Assembly: GCA_963745235.1 (NCBI GenBank)
Contig: CAVUXE010000037.1
Location: 188,646 to 252,645 of the forward strand
Direction: 5' to 3'
DNA: 64,000 nt
DNA from: an uncultured Spirochaetota bacterium
GTDB taxonomy: Bacteria > Spirochaetota > Spirochaetia > SZUA-6 > Fen-1364
The stretch's first letter is position 1. Every line of letters begins with the position of its first letter. Of this stretch, positions 40,725 through 50,531 are shown piece by piece. A model generated the notes under the pieces. That model was not told the origin of the DNA and ran no database searches. It saw only the letters and a list, made by a program, of their open reading frames with translations. A program made the translations under genes and the position numbers.

Positions 40725-42101
40725 ATGGCTGACCTTTCCACGAGGTTCATGGGCATTCGCACTCCCAATCCGTTCTGGCTGGCCTCCGCTCCTCCGACCA
40801 ACGGCGGGGACCAGATCATGCGCGCCTTTGACGCGGGCTGGGGCGGCGCCGTGTGGAAGACCATCGGGGAGCCAATAGTAAACACGGCCTCCCGCTACTC
40901 CTCGGTGGATTGGAACGGCCAGCGCATGATGGGATTCAACAACATCGAGCTGATCTCCGACAGGCCCATCGAGGACAACCTTCGGGAAATGGCGGAGGTG
41001 AAGAAGCGCTACCCGAAGAACACGGTGATTGCCTCCCTCATGGTGGAATCGAAACGGGAGGTCTGGCATGACATCGTCAAGCGCTCAGAAGACGCGGGTG
41101 CAGACGGCCTGGAGCTGAACTTCGGCTGCCCGCATGGCATGAGCGAGCGGGGGATGGGGTCAGCCGTGGGGCAGGTCCCTGAGTATTCCTGCATGATCAC
41201 AGAATGGGTCAAGCAGGCCGCGCACACTCCCGTCATGATCAAGCTCACGCCGAACGTCACGGACATCCGCGCGGTGGCACGGGCTGCGAAGAAGGGCGGG
41301 GCGGACGCGCTTTCCGCCATCAACACGATCAACTCGATCACGGGCATCGACCTGGACACCCTCACTCCGAGGCCCAACGTGGGCGGCTTCTCGGCGCACG
41401 GCGGCTACTGCGGTCCCGCCGTGAAGCCGATTGCTCTGCACCTCGTGGAACAGATCGCATCCGACCCGGAAGTGGGAATCCCCATTTCGGGAATCGGCGG
41501 CATCGCCGGATGGAAAGAGGCCGCGGAGTTCATCCTCCTGGGCTGCGGCACGGTGCAGGTGTGCACCGCGGTCATGCATTACGGGTATCGGATCGTGGAG
41601 GACATGATCGACGGCCTTTCCCGCTGGATGGACGGGAAGGGATACCGGACGTTGGAGGACTTCCGCGGTCTCACCCTTGCGAAGGTGACCGAGTGGAAGC
41701 ACCTGGACCTGAACTACAAGATCGTGGCCCGCGTCGACCCCGCCAAGTGCATTGGCTGCGACCTTTGCTACGTGGCGTGCTGGGACGGGGCGCACCAGTG
41801 CATCCATCATGAGGGCAGCCGGGAGCCCCCGGCGGCGCGCACCCTGGCGGCCAGGCAGAGGATTGCGGTCACCCCGATCCCGAAGCTGGACGCCATGCGC
41901 GCGGGCAAAGGGAACGGCTACGGGAGCGGTCCGCGGGTACCTGTCGTGGACGAGGAGGAGTGCGTTGGCTGCAACCTCTGTTCGCTCGTGTGTCCCGTTG
42001 ACGGGTGCATTACCATGGTCGAGGTCCCGACGGGGAAACCCAGGGAAAGCCAGGCAATGAGGGACTCCGGGCGGGTGTACGCAAAACCGGGCGAGGCGTG
42101 A
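40725..42101 (+). CDS. preA: Dihydropyrimidine dehydrogenase FMN subunit
   Basis: NPFWLASAPPT, NNIELISDR, catalytic ELNFGCPHGM, KLTPNVTD and two C-terminal CxxCxxC 4Fe-4S motifs. Confidence 0.95.
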   Translation: MADLSTRFMGIRTPNPFWLASAPPTNGGDQIMRAFDAGWGGAVWKTIGEPIVNTASRYSSVDWNGQRMMGFNNIELISDRPIEDNLREMAEVKKRYPKNTVIASLMVESKREVWHDIVKRSEDAGADGLELNFGCPHGMSERGMGSAVGQVPEYSCMITEWVKQAAHTPVMIKLTPNVTDIRAVARAAKKGGADALSAINTINSITGIDLDTLTPRPNVGGFSAHGGYCGPAVKPIALHLVEQIASDPEVGIPISGIGGIAGWKEAAEFILLGCGTVQVCTAVMHYGYRIVEDMIDGLSRWMDGKGYRTLEDFRGLTLAKVTEWKHLDLNYKIVARVDPAKCIGCDLCYVACWDGAHQCIHHEGSREPPAARTLAARQRIAVTPIPKLDAMRAGKGNGYGSGPRVPVVDEEECVGCNLCSLVCPVDGCITMVEVPTGKPRESQAMRDSGRVYAKPGEA

Positions 42102-42109
42102 GGGAGAGC

Positions 42110-43504
42110 ATGGCCACGACGTTGATCAGGAACGGAACGGTTGTCACGGCGAAGGATACTCTGAGCGCCGACATCCTCATCGACGGAGAACGCATCAAGG
42201 AAGTCCGCGCGGGAATCCCGGAGAAGGCTGCCACCCGGGTGATCGAGGCCGCGGGGTACTACGTGATCCCCGGCGGAATCGACGCCCACACGCATCTGGA
42301 CATGCCCTTCGGAGGCACCACCTCGGCCGACGACTTCGAGTCGGGCACGCGGGCCGCGGCGTTCGGCGGCACCACCTCCATCGTCGACTTCGCCATCCAG
42401 GCCCGCGGCACGCGGATGCGTCAGGCCCTGGACACGTGGTGGAAGAAGGCGGAGGGCCGCGCGTGCGTTGACTACGGCCTGCACATGATCATCACGGACC
42501 TGGGGGAGGCAGGCCTGGAAGACATGGACGACATGGTCCGCGAGGGGGTGGCGAGCTTCAAGCTCTTCATGGCCTACCCCAACGTGCTCATGGTGGATGA
42601 TGCCACCATCTTCAAGGCGCTTTCCCAGACCGCGAAGAACGGCGCCCTCATCTGCATGCACGCGGAGAACGGGAGCGTGATAGACGTGATCGTGGCGCGC
42701 GCGCTCGCGGAGGGCAAGACCGCACCCATTTATCACGCCCTCACGCGGCCGCCGGGGGCGGAAGCGGAGGCAGTGCACCGGGCAATCGCCATGGCGGAGA
42801 TCGCCCAGGTGCCTGTGTACATCGTCCATCTCTCCTCCGAGGACGCTCTCAACGAAGTGCGGGAAGCTCGTGACCGCGGCCTGCCGGCGTTCGCCGAAAC
42901 CTGCCCGCAGTACCTCCTTCTCTCCCAGGACGAGCTTGCCCGGCCGAACTTCGAGGGCGCCAAGTACGTGTTCACGCCGCCCCTTCGACCCAAGGAGCAT
43001 CAGGCCAAGTTGTGGGACGGGCTTCGGCACGACCACCTCCAGGTGGTCTCCACGGATCACTGCCCGTTCTGCTTCAAGGACCAGAAGATCCTCGGCAAGG
43101 ACGATTTCACGAAGATCCCCAACGGGGGCCCCGGCATCGAGAACAGGCTCCAGCTCATCTACCACCACGGCGTGAACGAAGGGAAGCTTTCGCTGAACCG
43201 GTTCGTGGAGCTCACGTCCACGACTCCCGCCCGAATCTTCGGCATGTATCCCCGCAAGGGCGAGATTGCCCCGGGGAGCGACGCGGATATCGTCATCTGG
43301 GACCCCGAGGCGCCGCTCACCATCAGCGCCGCGTCCCACCACATGAGGGTGGACTACTCCATGTTCGAAGGGTTCCAGGTGCGGGGGAATGCGCGCATGG
43401 TGCTTTCCCGGGGAGAGGTGATCGTTGACGGGGACAAGTTTCTGGGATCTCCCGGCCGCGGCCAGTTCGTGAAAAGAGCGGCGCGCGGAGGCGCGTGGAA
43501 GTAG
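42110..43504 (+). CDS. hydA: Dihydropyrimidinase
   Basis: PGGIDAHTH, SFKLFMAY, HAENG, ETCPQYL, STDHCPF and FTKIPNG motifs. Confidence 0.94.
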   Translation: MATTLIRNGTVVTAKDTLSADILIDGERIKEVRAGIPEKAATRVIEAAGYYVIPGGIDAHTHLDMPFGGTTSADDFESGTRAAAFGGTTSIVDFAIQARGTRMRQALDTWWKKAEGRACVDYGLHMIITDLGEAGLEDMDDMVREGVASFKLFMAYPNVLMVDDATIFKALSQTAKNGALICMHAENGSVIDVIVARALAEGKTAPIYHALTRPPGAEAEAVHRAIAMAEIAQVPVYIVHLSSEDALNEVREARDRGLPAFAETCPQYLLLSQDELARPNFEGAKYVFTPPLRPKEHQAKLWDGLRHDHLQVVSTDHCPFCFKDQKILGKDDFTKIPNGGPGIENRLQLIYHHGVNEGKLSLNRFVELTSTTPARIFGMYPRKGEIAPGSDADIVIWDPEAPLTISAASHHMRVDYSMFEGFQVRGNARMVLSRGEVIVDGDKFLGSPGRGQFVKRAARGGAWK

Positions 43505-43522
43505 GAGGCCCCGTCCGCCCTC

Positions 43523-44806
43523 CTAGGCGCTGCAGCGCGCAATGCGCCCGAGCAGAAACTCCTTTTCCGCAGGAGACTTGCACATCTTCGCCGCCTTCTC
43601 GAAGTGAGCCCTCGCGGAGGCAAAGTCCCCTGCCCGCATGGTGAACTCCCCGAGGCTTGCGTGCAGCAGGTAGTACCGGGCAAGCCCGCCGTCTCTCTGG
43701 ATCCGATCCAGCTCCCGTACGGCTGCCTGCGCTCCCTCGGCGAAGCCAATGGCGATGGCCCTGTTCAGCCGGACAACCGGGGTGTCGTAGATGGAAAGCA
43801 ACCTTCCATAAAGCGTGACGATGGTTCTCCAGTCGGTCTCTTCGAAGGAGGAGGCCCCGCAGTGGCACGAGGCGATGGCTGCCTCGACGTGATAGCGGGT
43901 GAGCTCGGTTCCCGACGCTGAGAGGTCCATGAAGTGAAAGCCCCGGGAAATGAGGTCCGCGTCCCACCCGGCCCTGTCCTGCTCCTCCAGCTGGCGGATG
44001 GAGCCGTTCTCGTATGTCCGCGTGGAAAGCCGGGCCGCCTGGAAACACATGAGGGCGAGCAGGGCGAAAGTCTTGGGCTGGGCGCATGAGGGGTGCTCGG
44101 CCAGCAGGGACGCCAGGCGCATCGCCTCTTCGCACAGCTCGGCGCGGATCAGTGACTCCCCCTCGGCGCTCTTGTACCCTTCGTTGAAGATCAGGTACAC
44201 GACCTGGAGCGCGGAATCCAGCCGCGCGCCCAGCTCTGGGTCCGGAGGCATCTGGAGCGCTCCCCTGTCCTCCCGCAGCTTCTGGCGGGCCCGGTAGAGG
44301 CGCTTGCGGACGGTCTCCTCTTCGCAGAGCAGCGCGGCGGCTATCTCGGGGACGGAAAATGCCCCGGGGAACTTCAGGGTCAGCGCCACCTGGTCTTCGG
44401 GGCGCAGGCGCGGGTCGCAGCAGGTGAATATCATCCGCAAGAGGTGATCGCTGATGCGCGACTGCTCGAACTCACGGTCCACCGTGGAGGAGAGAGTCCA
44501 TTCCGAGCGGAGCTTCAGGCGCAGGTCATCCGCTACCTTCAGCCTGCTTCGCTCCCGCCGGATATGGTCGATGGCCCTGTTGCGGGCGGCAACCATGAGC
44601 CATCCCCCGGGATTGGGCGGCACTCCGCGAAAAGACCAGACCTGCAGGGCGGAGAGCAGCGTTTCCTGGACAATCTCCTCCGCCGTCCCGATGTTCTGGA
44701 AGCCCAGGATGCGTGAGAGCACGGAGACCATCTTTCCCGCCTGCTGCCGAAAGAGATGGTCCACCAGCTCGGAGACCTGTCCCGGTTGCTCCGGCCTGTC
44801 GGGCAT
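43523..44806 (-). CDS. ECF sigma factor with C-terminal TPR-like extension (ECF42-like)
   Basis: AEEIVQE..WLMVAARNRAID, LRMIFTCCDP, YLIFNEGY, TDWRTIVTLY and PVVRLNRAIA motifs; downstream of a YciI/DGPF gene. Confidence 0.88.
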   Translation of the reverse strand: MPDRPEQPGQVSELVDHLFRQQAGKMVSVLSRILGFQNIGTAEEIVQETLLSALQVWSFRGVPPNPGGWLMVAARNRAIDHIRRERSRLKVADDLRLKLRSEWTLSSTVDREFEQSRISDHLLRMIFTCCDPRLRPEDQVALTLKFPGAFSVPEIAAALLCEEETVRKRLYRARQKLREDRGALQMPPDPELGARLDSALQVVYLIFNEGYKSAEGESLIRAELCEEAMRLASLLAEHPSCAQPKTFALLALMCFQAARLSTRTYENGSIRQLEEQDRAGWDADLISRGFHFMDLSASGTELTRYHVEAAIASCHCGASSFEETDWRTIVTLYGRLLSIYDTPVVRLNRAIAIGFAEGAQAAVRELDRIQRDGGLARYYLLHASLGEFTMRAGDFASARAHFEKAAKMCKSPAEKEFLLGRIARCSA

Positions 44807-44810
44807 GCCG

Positions 44811-45152
44811 CTACATGGTGCGGATGGGGCGCACCTCGACAATGCCGTCGATCTCGAAGAGCGGGCAGTCCTTCGAGATGTCGCATGCCTTCTCCATGCT
44901 GTCGGCCTTGAGGATCACGTACCCGCTCACCGCCTCCTTGGCCTCGGTGTACGGCCCGTCCGTCACGGGCTTCCCGGCTCCCTTCACCAGCCGCGCTTCA
45001 GCGCCCAGGGGCTCACCGCCGTCCCAGATTCCCTTCTTGGAAAGGCTTTCCATCCACGTATTCCAGTGCTTCATGTGCTCCTGGATCTCCTGCGGTGACA
45101 TTTTCGCCATGCGGGCGCCGCCCCCCCAGAGGATCAGCATGTACCTGTTCAT
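44811..45152 (-). CDS. YciI/DGPF-family protein
   Basis: VTDGPYTEAKEAVSGY and IVEVRPI motifs; AAGGAGG SD. Confidence 0.9.
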   Translation of the reverse strand: MNRYMLILWGGGARMAKMSPQEIQEHMKHWNTWMESLSKKGIWDGGEPLGAEARLVKGAGKPVTDGPYTEAKEAVSGYVILKADSMEKACDISKDCPLFEIDGIVEVRPIRTM

Positions 45153-45182
45153 TGTGCCTCCTTCGCTTGAATCTACTGGTAT

Positions 45183-45209
45183 TACGAGTGTCGCGGCCAA
45201 GATGGGACA
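45183..45209 (-). promoter_or_regulatory. Possible autoregulatory ECF promoter
   Basis: TGTCCC-N16-TCGTA on the minus strand upstream of the DGPF gene, resembling the TGTC(GA)/CG(A/T)C ECF42 motif. Confidence 0.35.
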
Positions 45210-45303
45210 TGCAAATTTCCTTGCGCTGCCGGGCCCGGTGGGTGTAGAGTCGTGCGGTCAGGGCACGTCTTTCATCCTCATCACCCGAAAGGAGAAGAAC
45301 AAA

Positions 45304-46515
45304 ATGCCTCACTTCGACACGGGAAACACCGGTTTCATGCTCATTGCCGCCAGCCTCGTCATGCTGATGACGCCAGGGCTCGCCTTCTTCTACGGCGGCC
45401 TGGTCGGCCGAAAGAACGTGCTGACAATCATGATCCAGAGCTTCCTCTCCCTGGCAGTGGTGGACGTCATCTGGTTCGCCGTCGGCTACTCCCTGTGCTT
45501 CTCGGGGGGACAGGGGTCGGTGATCGGTGACCTGAAGCTGGCCTTCCTCAACGGCGTTGACCTCAACTCGGCGTTCGGGGATGGCCAGATCCCGATGTTC
45601 GCGTTCATCGTCTACCAGATGATGTTTGCCATCATCACGCCGGCCCTTATCACGGGCGCGTTCGCCAACAGGGTCCGGTTCACCGCGTATTTCATCTTCC
45701 TCGTCGTGTGGCTCATTCTGGTGTACTTCCCGCTGGTGCACATGATCTGGGGAGGCGGCATGCTGGCGCAGTGGGGAGTCCGTGACTTTGCCGGCGGAAT
45801 CGTGGTTCACGCCTCAGCGGGGTTTGCCGCTCTTGCATCCGTGTTTTTCGTCGGACCGCGCCATGTGAAAGACCGCGGACCGCACAGCATTCCCCTTGTC
45901 GCGCTGGGCACCGGTCTGCTCTGGTTCGGCTGGTACGGGTTCAACGCGGGAAGCGAGCTTCGCGTGGACCAGATCACGGTGACCGCATTCCTGAACACGG
46001 ACCTCGCCGCCTCGTTTGCGGCGGTCACGTGGCTCATCCTCGCCTGGGTGTTCGAGAAGAAACCGAAGTTCCTCGGCCTGCTGACCGGGTCCATCGCCGG
46101 ATTGGCCTGCATCACTCCCGCGGCGGGGTACGTCACTCCCGGGGCCTCCATCATCATCGGCATCCTGTCCGGGCTCGTGTGCTACCTCGCAATCACCCTG
46201 AAAAACAGGCTTCACTGGGATGATGCGCTGGACGTATGGGGGGTCCACGGCGTCGGCGGTGTGCTGGGGATCCTCTGCCTCGGTATCTTCGGCAGCCTGG
46301 CCGTCAACCCGTCAGGCTTCGATGGCGCCATCCGCGGCGGTTGGGCGTTCCTCGGCAGGCAGGCGGCGTCCGGTTTCGGTGCGGCCGCTTATTCCTTTAT
46401 TATCGCATTTGCAGCTCTGTGGGTGATCAACAAGATTACGCGGGTGCGCGTGGCCGAAGGTGAGGAAGAGGTCGGCCTTGATACGGCTCAGCTCGGCGAG
46501 CACGCGTACCTGTAG
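45304..46515 (+). CDS. amtB: Ammonium transporter
   Basis: LVMLMTPGLAFFYGG, YQMMFAIITPALI, DFAGGIVVH, LLWFGWYGFNAGS and DDALDVWGVHG; both conserved His present. Confidence 0.96.
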   Translation: MPHFDTGNTGFMLIAASLVMLMTPGLAFFYGGLVGRKNVLTIMIQSFLSLAVVDVIWFAVGYSLCFSGGQGSVIGDLKLAFLNGVDLNSAFGDGQIPMFAFIVYQMMFAIITPALITGAFANRVRFTAYFIFLVVWLILVYFPLVHMIWGGGMLAQWGVRDFAGGIVVHASAGFAALASVFFVGPRHVKDRGPHSIPLVALGTGLLWFGWYGFNAGSELRVDQITVTAFLNTDLAASFAAVTWLILAWVFEKKPKFLGLLTGSIAGLACITPAAGYVTPGASIIIGILSGLVCYLAITLKNRLHWDDALDVWGVHGVGGVLGILCLGIFGSLAVNPSGFDGAIRGGWAFLGRQAASGFGAAAYSFIIAFAALWVINKITRVRVAEGEEEVGLDTAQLGEHAYL

Positions 46516-46529
46516 GAAGGGGTCAGCGC

Positions 46530-47036
46530 ATGCAGGAGACGCCGCAGGAGTACACGAAGAGGGTCCTTGGGCTCCTGGAGGGCAGGAAGCCTCTGGAGAT
46601 TCTCGCTTCCACGCCCCGCCAGCTGGCCCGCCTGATAAAAGGGATCTCGAAGACAAAGCTCGCGAAACGCCCTTCGCCGGAGAAGTGGTCGGTGACGGAG
46701 ATCCTTGCGCACCTTGCCGACTCCGAGCTTGTCTACGGGTTTCGCGTCCGCCTCATCCTCGGGGCAAGCGGGACTCCCATCCAGGGCTTCGACCAGGATG
46801 CATGGGCGCAGGTCTCCAACTATGCGAAGCATGATCCGGCCCTGTCCCTGGAGTCACTTCGGGTGAACAGGGACAGGATTGTCCGGCTTTTGAAGGGCCT
46901 TCCCCGTGATGCATGGGACCGCTATGGCATGCACTCGGAGCGGGGGAAGGAGACTGTCACCCGCGTGGTCGAGATGATGGCAGGACACGACATCAACCAC
47001 CTGAAGGCAATTCGAGAGATCCTCAGGGGTGCTTGA
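46530..47036 (+). CDS. DinB/YfiT-family protein
   Basis: KWSVTEILAHLADSE and C-terminal GHDINH. Confidence 0.88.
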   Translation: MQETPQEYTKRVLGLLEGRKPLEILASTPRQLARLIKGISKTKLAKRPSPEKWSVTEILAHLADSELVYGFRVRLILGASGTPIQGFDQDAWAQVSNYAKHDPALSLESLRVNRDRIVRLLKGLPRDAWDRYGMHSERGKETVTRVVEMMAGHDINHLKAIREILRGA

Positions 47037-47451
47037 CATCGTCCATGTTGCCGCCGGTTGCCTTGTCTTCAAGGACGGCAGGCTCCTCCTGGGAAGGCGC
47101 GTGGATGACTCGCATGGCGACGGAGAGTACAGCTGCGGCGGCGGACACGTCGAGCACGGTGAGAACATCGCAAGCGCGGTACGGCGGGAGATCGAAGAAG
47201 AGTGGGGAATCAAGATCGATCTCCCGCAATTTCTGTGCGTCGTCAATCTCCCCGACTATGACGGCCTGCACTACGTCTCGTTCGGATTCAAGGCCAACTG
47301 GGTGTCCGGGGAGCCGCGGCCGGAAACGGCGGGAGAGTTCGCGGACTCGCAGTGGTATGCACTCGATGCGCTTCCGTCCCCCCTGTTCAAGCCGGTGCCG
47401 TTCTACCTGGAGTCTTTCCGCACGGGCCGGCCCTACTTCGAAGTGCCCTGA
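47029..47451 (+). CDS. NUDIX hydrolase
   Basis: Nudix box GGHVEHGENIASAVRREIEEEWG. Confidence 0.88.
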   Translation: MLDIVHVAAGCLVFKDGRLLLGRRVDDSHGDGEYSCGGGHVEHGENIASAVRREIEEEWGIKIDLPQFLCVVNLPDYDGLHYVSFGFKANWVSGEPRPETAGEFADSQWYALDALPSPLFKPVPFYLESFRTGRPYFEVP

Positions 47452-50109
47452 TCCTTCGTGCGCTCGTACGGGGTTCCGTCAAGGGGCAGACTGGTCCTGA
47501 TGCGGCCGTCCAGGGCAAAATAGGCTCCCGCCACGGCGGAGGCAGTGGGAATGGTCGCAATTTCCCCGATGCCCTTGGCTCCGTAGGCTGCCCCCGAGAC
47601 TCCGCCGTCAAGCGCCAGTCCCGTTCCCGCTTTTCGAACGATGATCGTTCGTATCGACGGCGCATCGGTTGACCGCAGGAGTCCCAGTTGACCGAAGCGC
47701 GCCGCGGGGACGCCGCCGTCAAGGGGAAGACGCTCGGTGAGGGCATATCCCAGGCCCATGACGACCCCGCCTTCAACCTGTCCCTCGAACGCGAGCGGGT
47801 TCACCACCAGTCCTGAGTCATGAGCAGCAAGCACGCTCTGGACCCGCCGGTCGGGGCCAAGCGTGACGAGCTGGCACGCGTAGCTGTAGGCCACGTGCCG
47901 CACAGGCTCCGCGCTGTCGGATTCAAAGGGGTCCGTGACCGCCTGGTATTCTCCGCGAAACTCCCTGCCCGCGAGCAAGGCGAGCGGAAATGGCGAGCCG
48001 CCCGCATGCGCCCCTGAACCAGAAGCAGCAGCCGCGCCTGCTGCCTGGAGCGCTGCGGCGCACGCGCGCCTGCATGCCTCGCCGGTGATGAGCGTCTGAC
48101 GGGAGGCCGTTGTCGTTCCCGAGTCCGGTGTCGCCTCGGTGTCCGGCGCGCCCACCACCACGCACGCCGGGTCAAGGTGCAGCATCTCGCAGGCGATCTG
48201 GGTGAGCACGGTGGCCACTCCCTGCCCCACGCAGGCAGCGCTGGAGAGGACCTTCACGTGGTCGGTTTCGACCTTCAGGAGGCATCTGCCGAAATCCGGA
48301 TGACCCATCCCGAGGCCCGTGTTCTTGAAGCCGCAGGCAATGCCGGCCTTCCCGCCGGAAGCCTCGAAGCCCTCTTTCACGGCAAGAAGGCATTCTTCCA
48401 GGGCAGTGTCAGGGCCGGCGATCTGTCCGTTGGGCAGACGATCCCCCGGCCTGACCGCGTTCCTGAACCTGATCTCCCACGCGGAGAGTCCCGTCCGGGA
48501 GGCAAGCATGTCGAGCGCGCTTTCGATGGCAAAGTTGACCTGGGGCACGCCGAAGCCCCGAAACGCTCCCGCGGGCGGGTTGTTCGTATGGACGGCGATT
48601 CCCTCTACGTGGATGTTCTGGTAGGCGTAGGGCCCGCCGGGCATGGGTGACGGCGCGATGCAGGACGGGTCCGCCCAGGCTCGCGTATGCGCCCGTGTCA
48701 GCGACGATCCTGGCGACAAGACCGAGCAGCCTGCCCTGCGCGTCGCAGCCCAGGCGCAGATCCACTGTCATGGGATGGCGTTTCACGTGGACGCGCGTGC
48801 TCTCCGCTCTCCCCAGCGTGCACTTGACCGGCCTGCCCGAAAGCCATGCAAGGAGGGCGGCAACATGCTGCACTGTCTGGTCCTCTTTGCCCCCGAATCC
48901 GCCCCCCACGTACTCCGAGACAACGCGAACGCGCTCCCGGGGTATGCCCAGCGTGTCGGCCACGTAGCGCTGGCCGTCATAGACGTTCTGCTCGCCTGTT
49001 CGCACCAGGACCGTGCCGCGGGCGTCGGGCGGATAGCCCAGCGCGCTTTCCGGCTCCATGAATGCATGGTCGACGAGGGGGGTCGTGAACCTCGCCTCCA
49101 CCACGTGCGAGGCCGAGGCGAGCGCTTTCTCCGCGTCTCCCCGGTGCAGCACGAGCCGCGAGAGGACATTCCCCTTTGCATGGATGCGGGGAGCGCCCGG
49201 CTCCAGGGCGGCTTCCGGCGATTCGACGGGAGGAAGCACGTCGTAGCCGGTCCGAATCAGGTCCAGGGCTTCACGGGCCAGCTCAGGGGTCTCCGCCGCG
49301 ACAAGCGCCACTGCGTCTCCGACGTAGCGCGTCTCTTCCCCCACGGCTACCAACGTCGGCCAGTCAGCCACGACGTGCCCCGTGTGCCGGGTGCCCGGTA
49401 TGTCCTGCCACGTCGCAACGACTGCAACGCCTCGCAGCGCGCGGGCGGCGGAGGCGTCGATGGACAGAAGCCTCGCGCGGGGGTGGGGAGACCTCAGCAC
49501 GGCGCCGAAAAGCATGCCCGGCTCCATGATGTCATCCACGTAGCGCGCGCTGCCCCGGACCTTCGCCGCCGCGTCCACCCGCGCGAGCCTGGTCCCGACT
49601 CCCCCGCGCGCCTCGGTCCCCTCCACCGCCGGCGCGCGCTCCTGCCCGACGGTTCCCAGCGCCCGTCTGTAGCCAGCGGCAACGAGCACGGCGTCCACGA
49701 TCTTCGCGTAGCCGGTGCAGCGGCAGAGGTTCCGTCGAAGCCCTGACCTGACGGCCCGCTCATCGGGGTCGGGATTTGCATCAAGCAGGGCTTTTGCCGC
49801 CATCACCATGCCAGGAGTGCAGTACCCGCACTGCACCGCGCCGGCTTCCACGAAAGCCTGTTCGTAGCAGCTCATCTCCGGTCCGGCGATACCTTCCACC
49901 GTGAGGACGGATTTCCCCTGGAGTCGTTCCAACGGCATGGTGCAGGAAGTGCGCAGGGCGCCGTCTATGATCACGGAGCAGGCCCCGCAGGTCCCCTCTC
50001 CGCACCCGTTCTTTGCCGCCGTCAATCGAGCTTCTTCTCGCAGGTATGAAAGAAGGGACCGGCCGCCAGGCGCGGCGACCTCCGTACCGTTCAGGGTGAA
50101 ACGCACCAT
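47433..50109 (-). CDS. Selenium-dependent xanthine dehydrogenase-type molybdenum hydroxylase (2Fe-2S plus Moco, no FAD domain); apparent +1 frameshift near 48640
   Basis: KNGCGEGTCGAC, VQCGYCTPG, HAFMEPE, GGGFGGKED, corrected LGGPVLHRAVTHAGGPY, GAFRGFG, KNTGLGMG, SGTTTASRQT and AKGIGEIATIPT. Family assignment is from recalled motif similarity. Confidence 0.82.
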
Positions 50110-50298
50110 GCCGGAGAATACCCCGCACCCGCGGCTTCGAGCAATCGGAGCTGGATACAAATCCGTAGCCCGTCAGGACGCGAAAGCACATCACGGTAGT
50201 TTCCCGCCGCTTCCTCACTGGCTTCCCGGTCGATCTGCGGGCCGGGTTTTCCTTGCCTCAGAATAAGTTAACAGAAATGCGACAAACTCGAGGATAAC

Positions 50299-50314
50299 TG
50301 GCACGAGACTTGCC
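50299..50314 (+). promoter_or_regulatory. Sigma54 (-24/-12) promoter upstream of the nucleoside ABC operon
   Basis: TGGCACG-AGAC-TTGC matches the consensus TGGCACG-N4-TTGC, in an AT-rich intergenic region. Confidence 0.72.
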
Positions 50315-50531
50315 AGAGAGCGTAGGATGCAGGCGATTTTTCTTGCTTTTTGGCAGAGTCGGCATAAGATAAGTGAACTCTCTGTCACCATTGCAAAATA
50401 AGAATCCAAAAAGCAAGGACCGGCTCCAGACCAGGAAGTCAGGTGCACCCTGACAGAGTGCGCGCTGTCTCATGGTGCTCTTTGCAGCAAGGCACCCGGG
50501 TATGATAGAAATAAGGGCTGAGGAAACAGTC

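Noticed and set aside
44713-45303. 200-aa N-terminal extension of AmtB in the ORF track
   Set aside because: It overlaps the DGPF and sigma genes on the other strand; an AAGGAG SD supports the start at 45304.
33360-50109. Anaerobic urate-degradation cluster of the ygeW/ygeX/ygeY/hyuA/ygfK/ssnA type
   Set aside because: No carbamoyltransferase, diaminopropionate ammonia-lyase or SsnA is present; the M20 looks ArgE/DapE-like, and hydA is explained by preTA.
47433-50109. Selenocysteine recoding in the Mo-hydroxylase
   Set aside because: The break is a frameshift, not an in-frame TGA, and this family uses a labile selenium cofactor.
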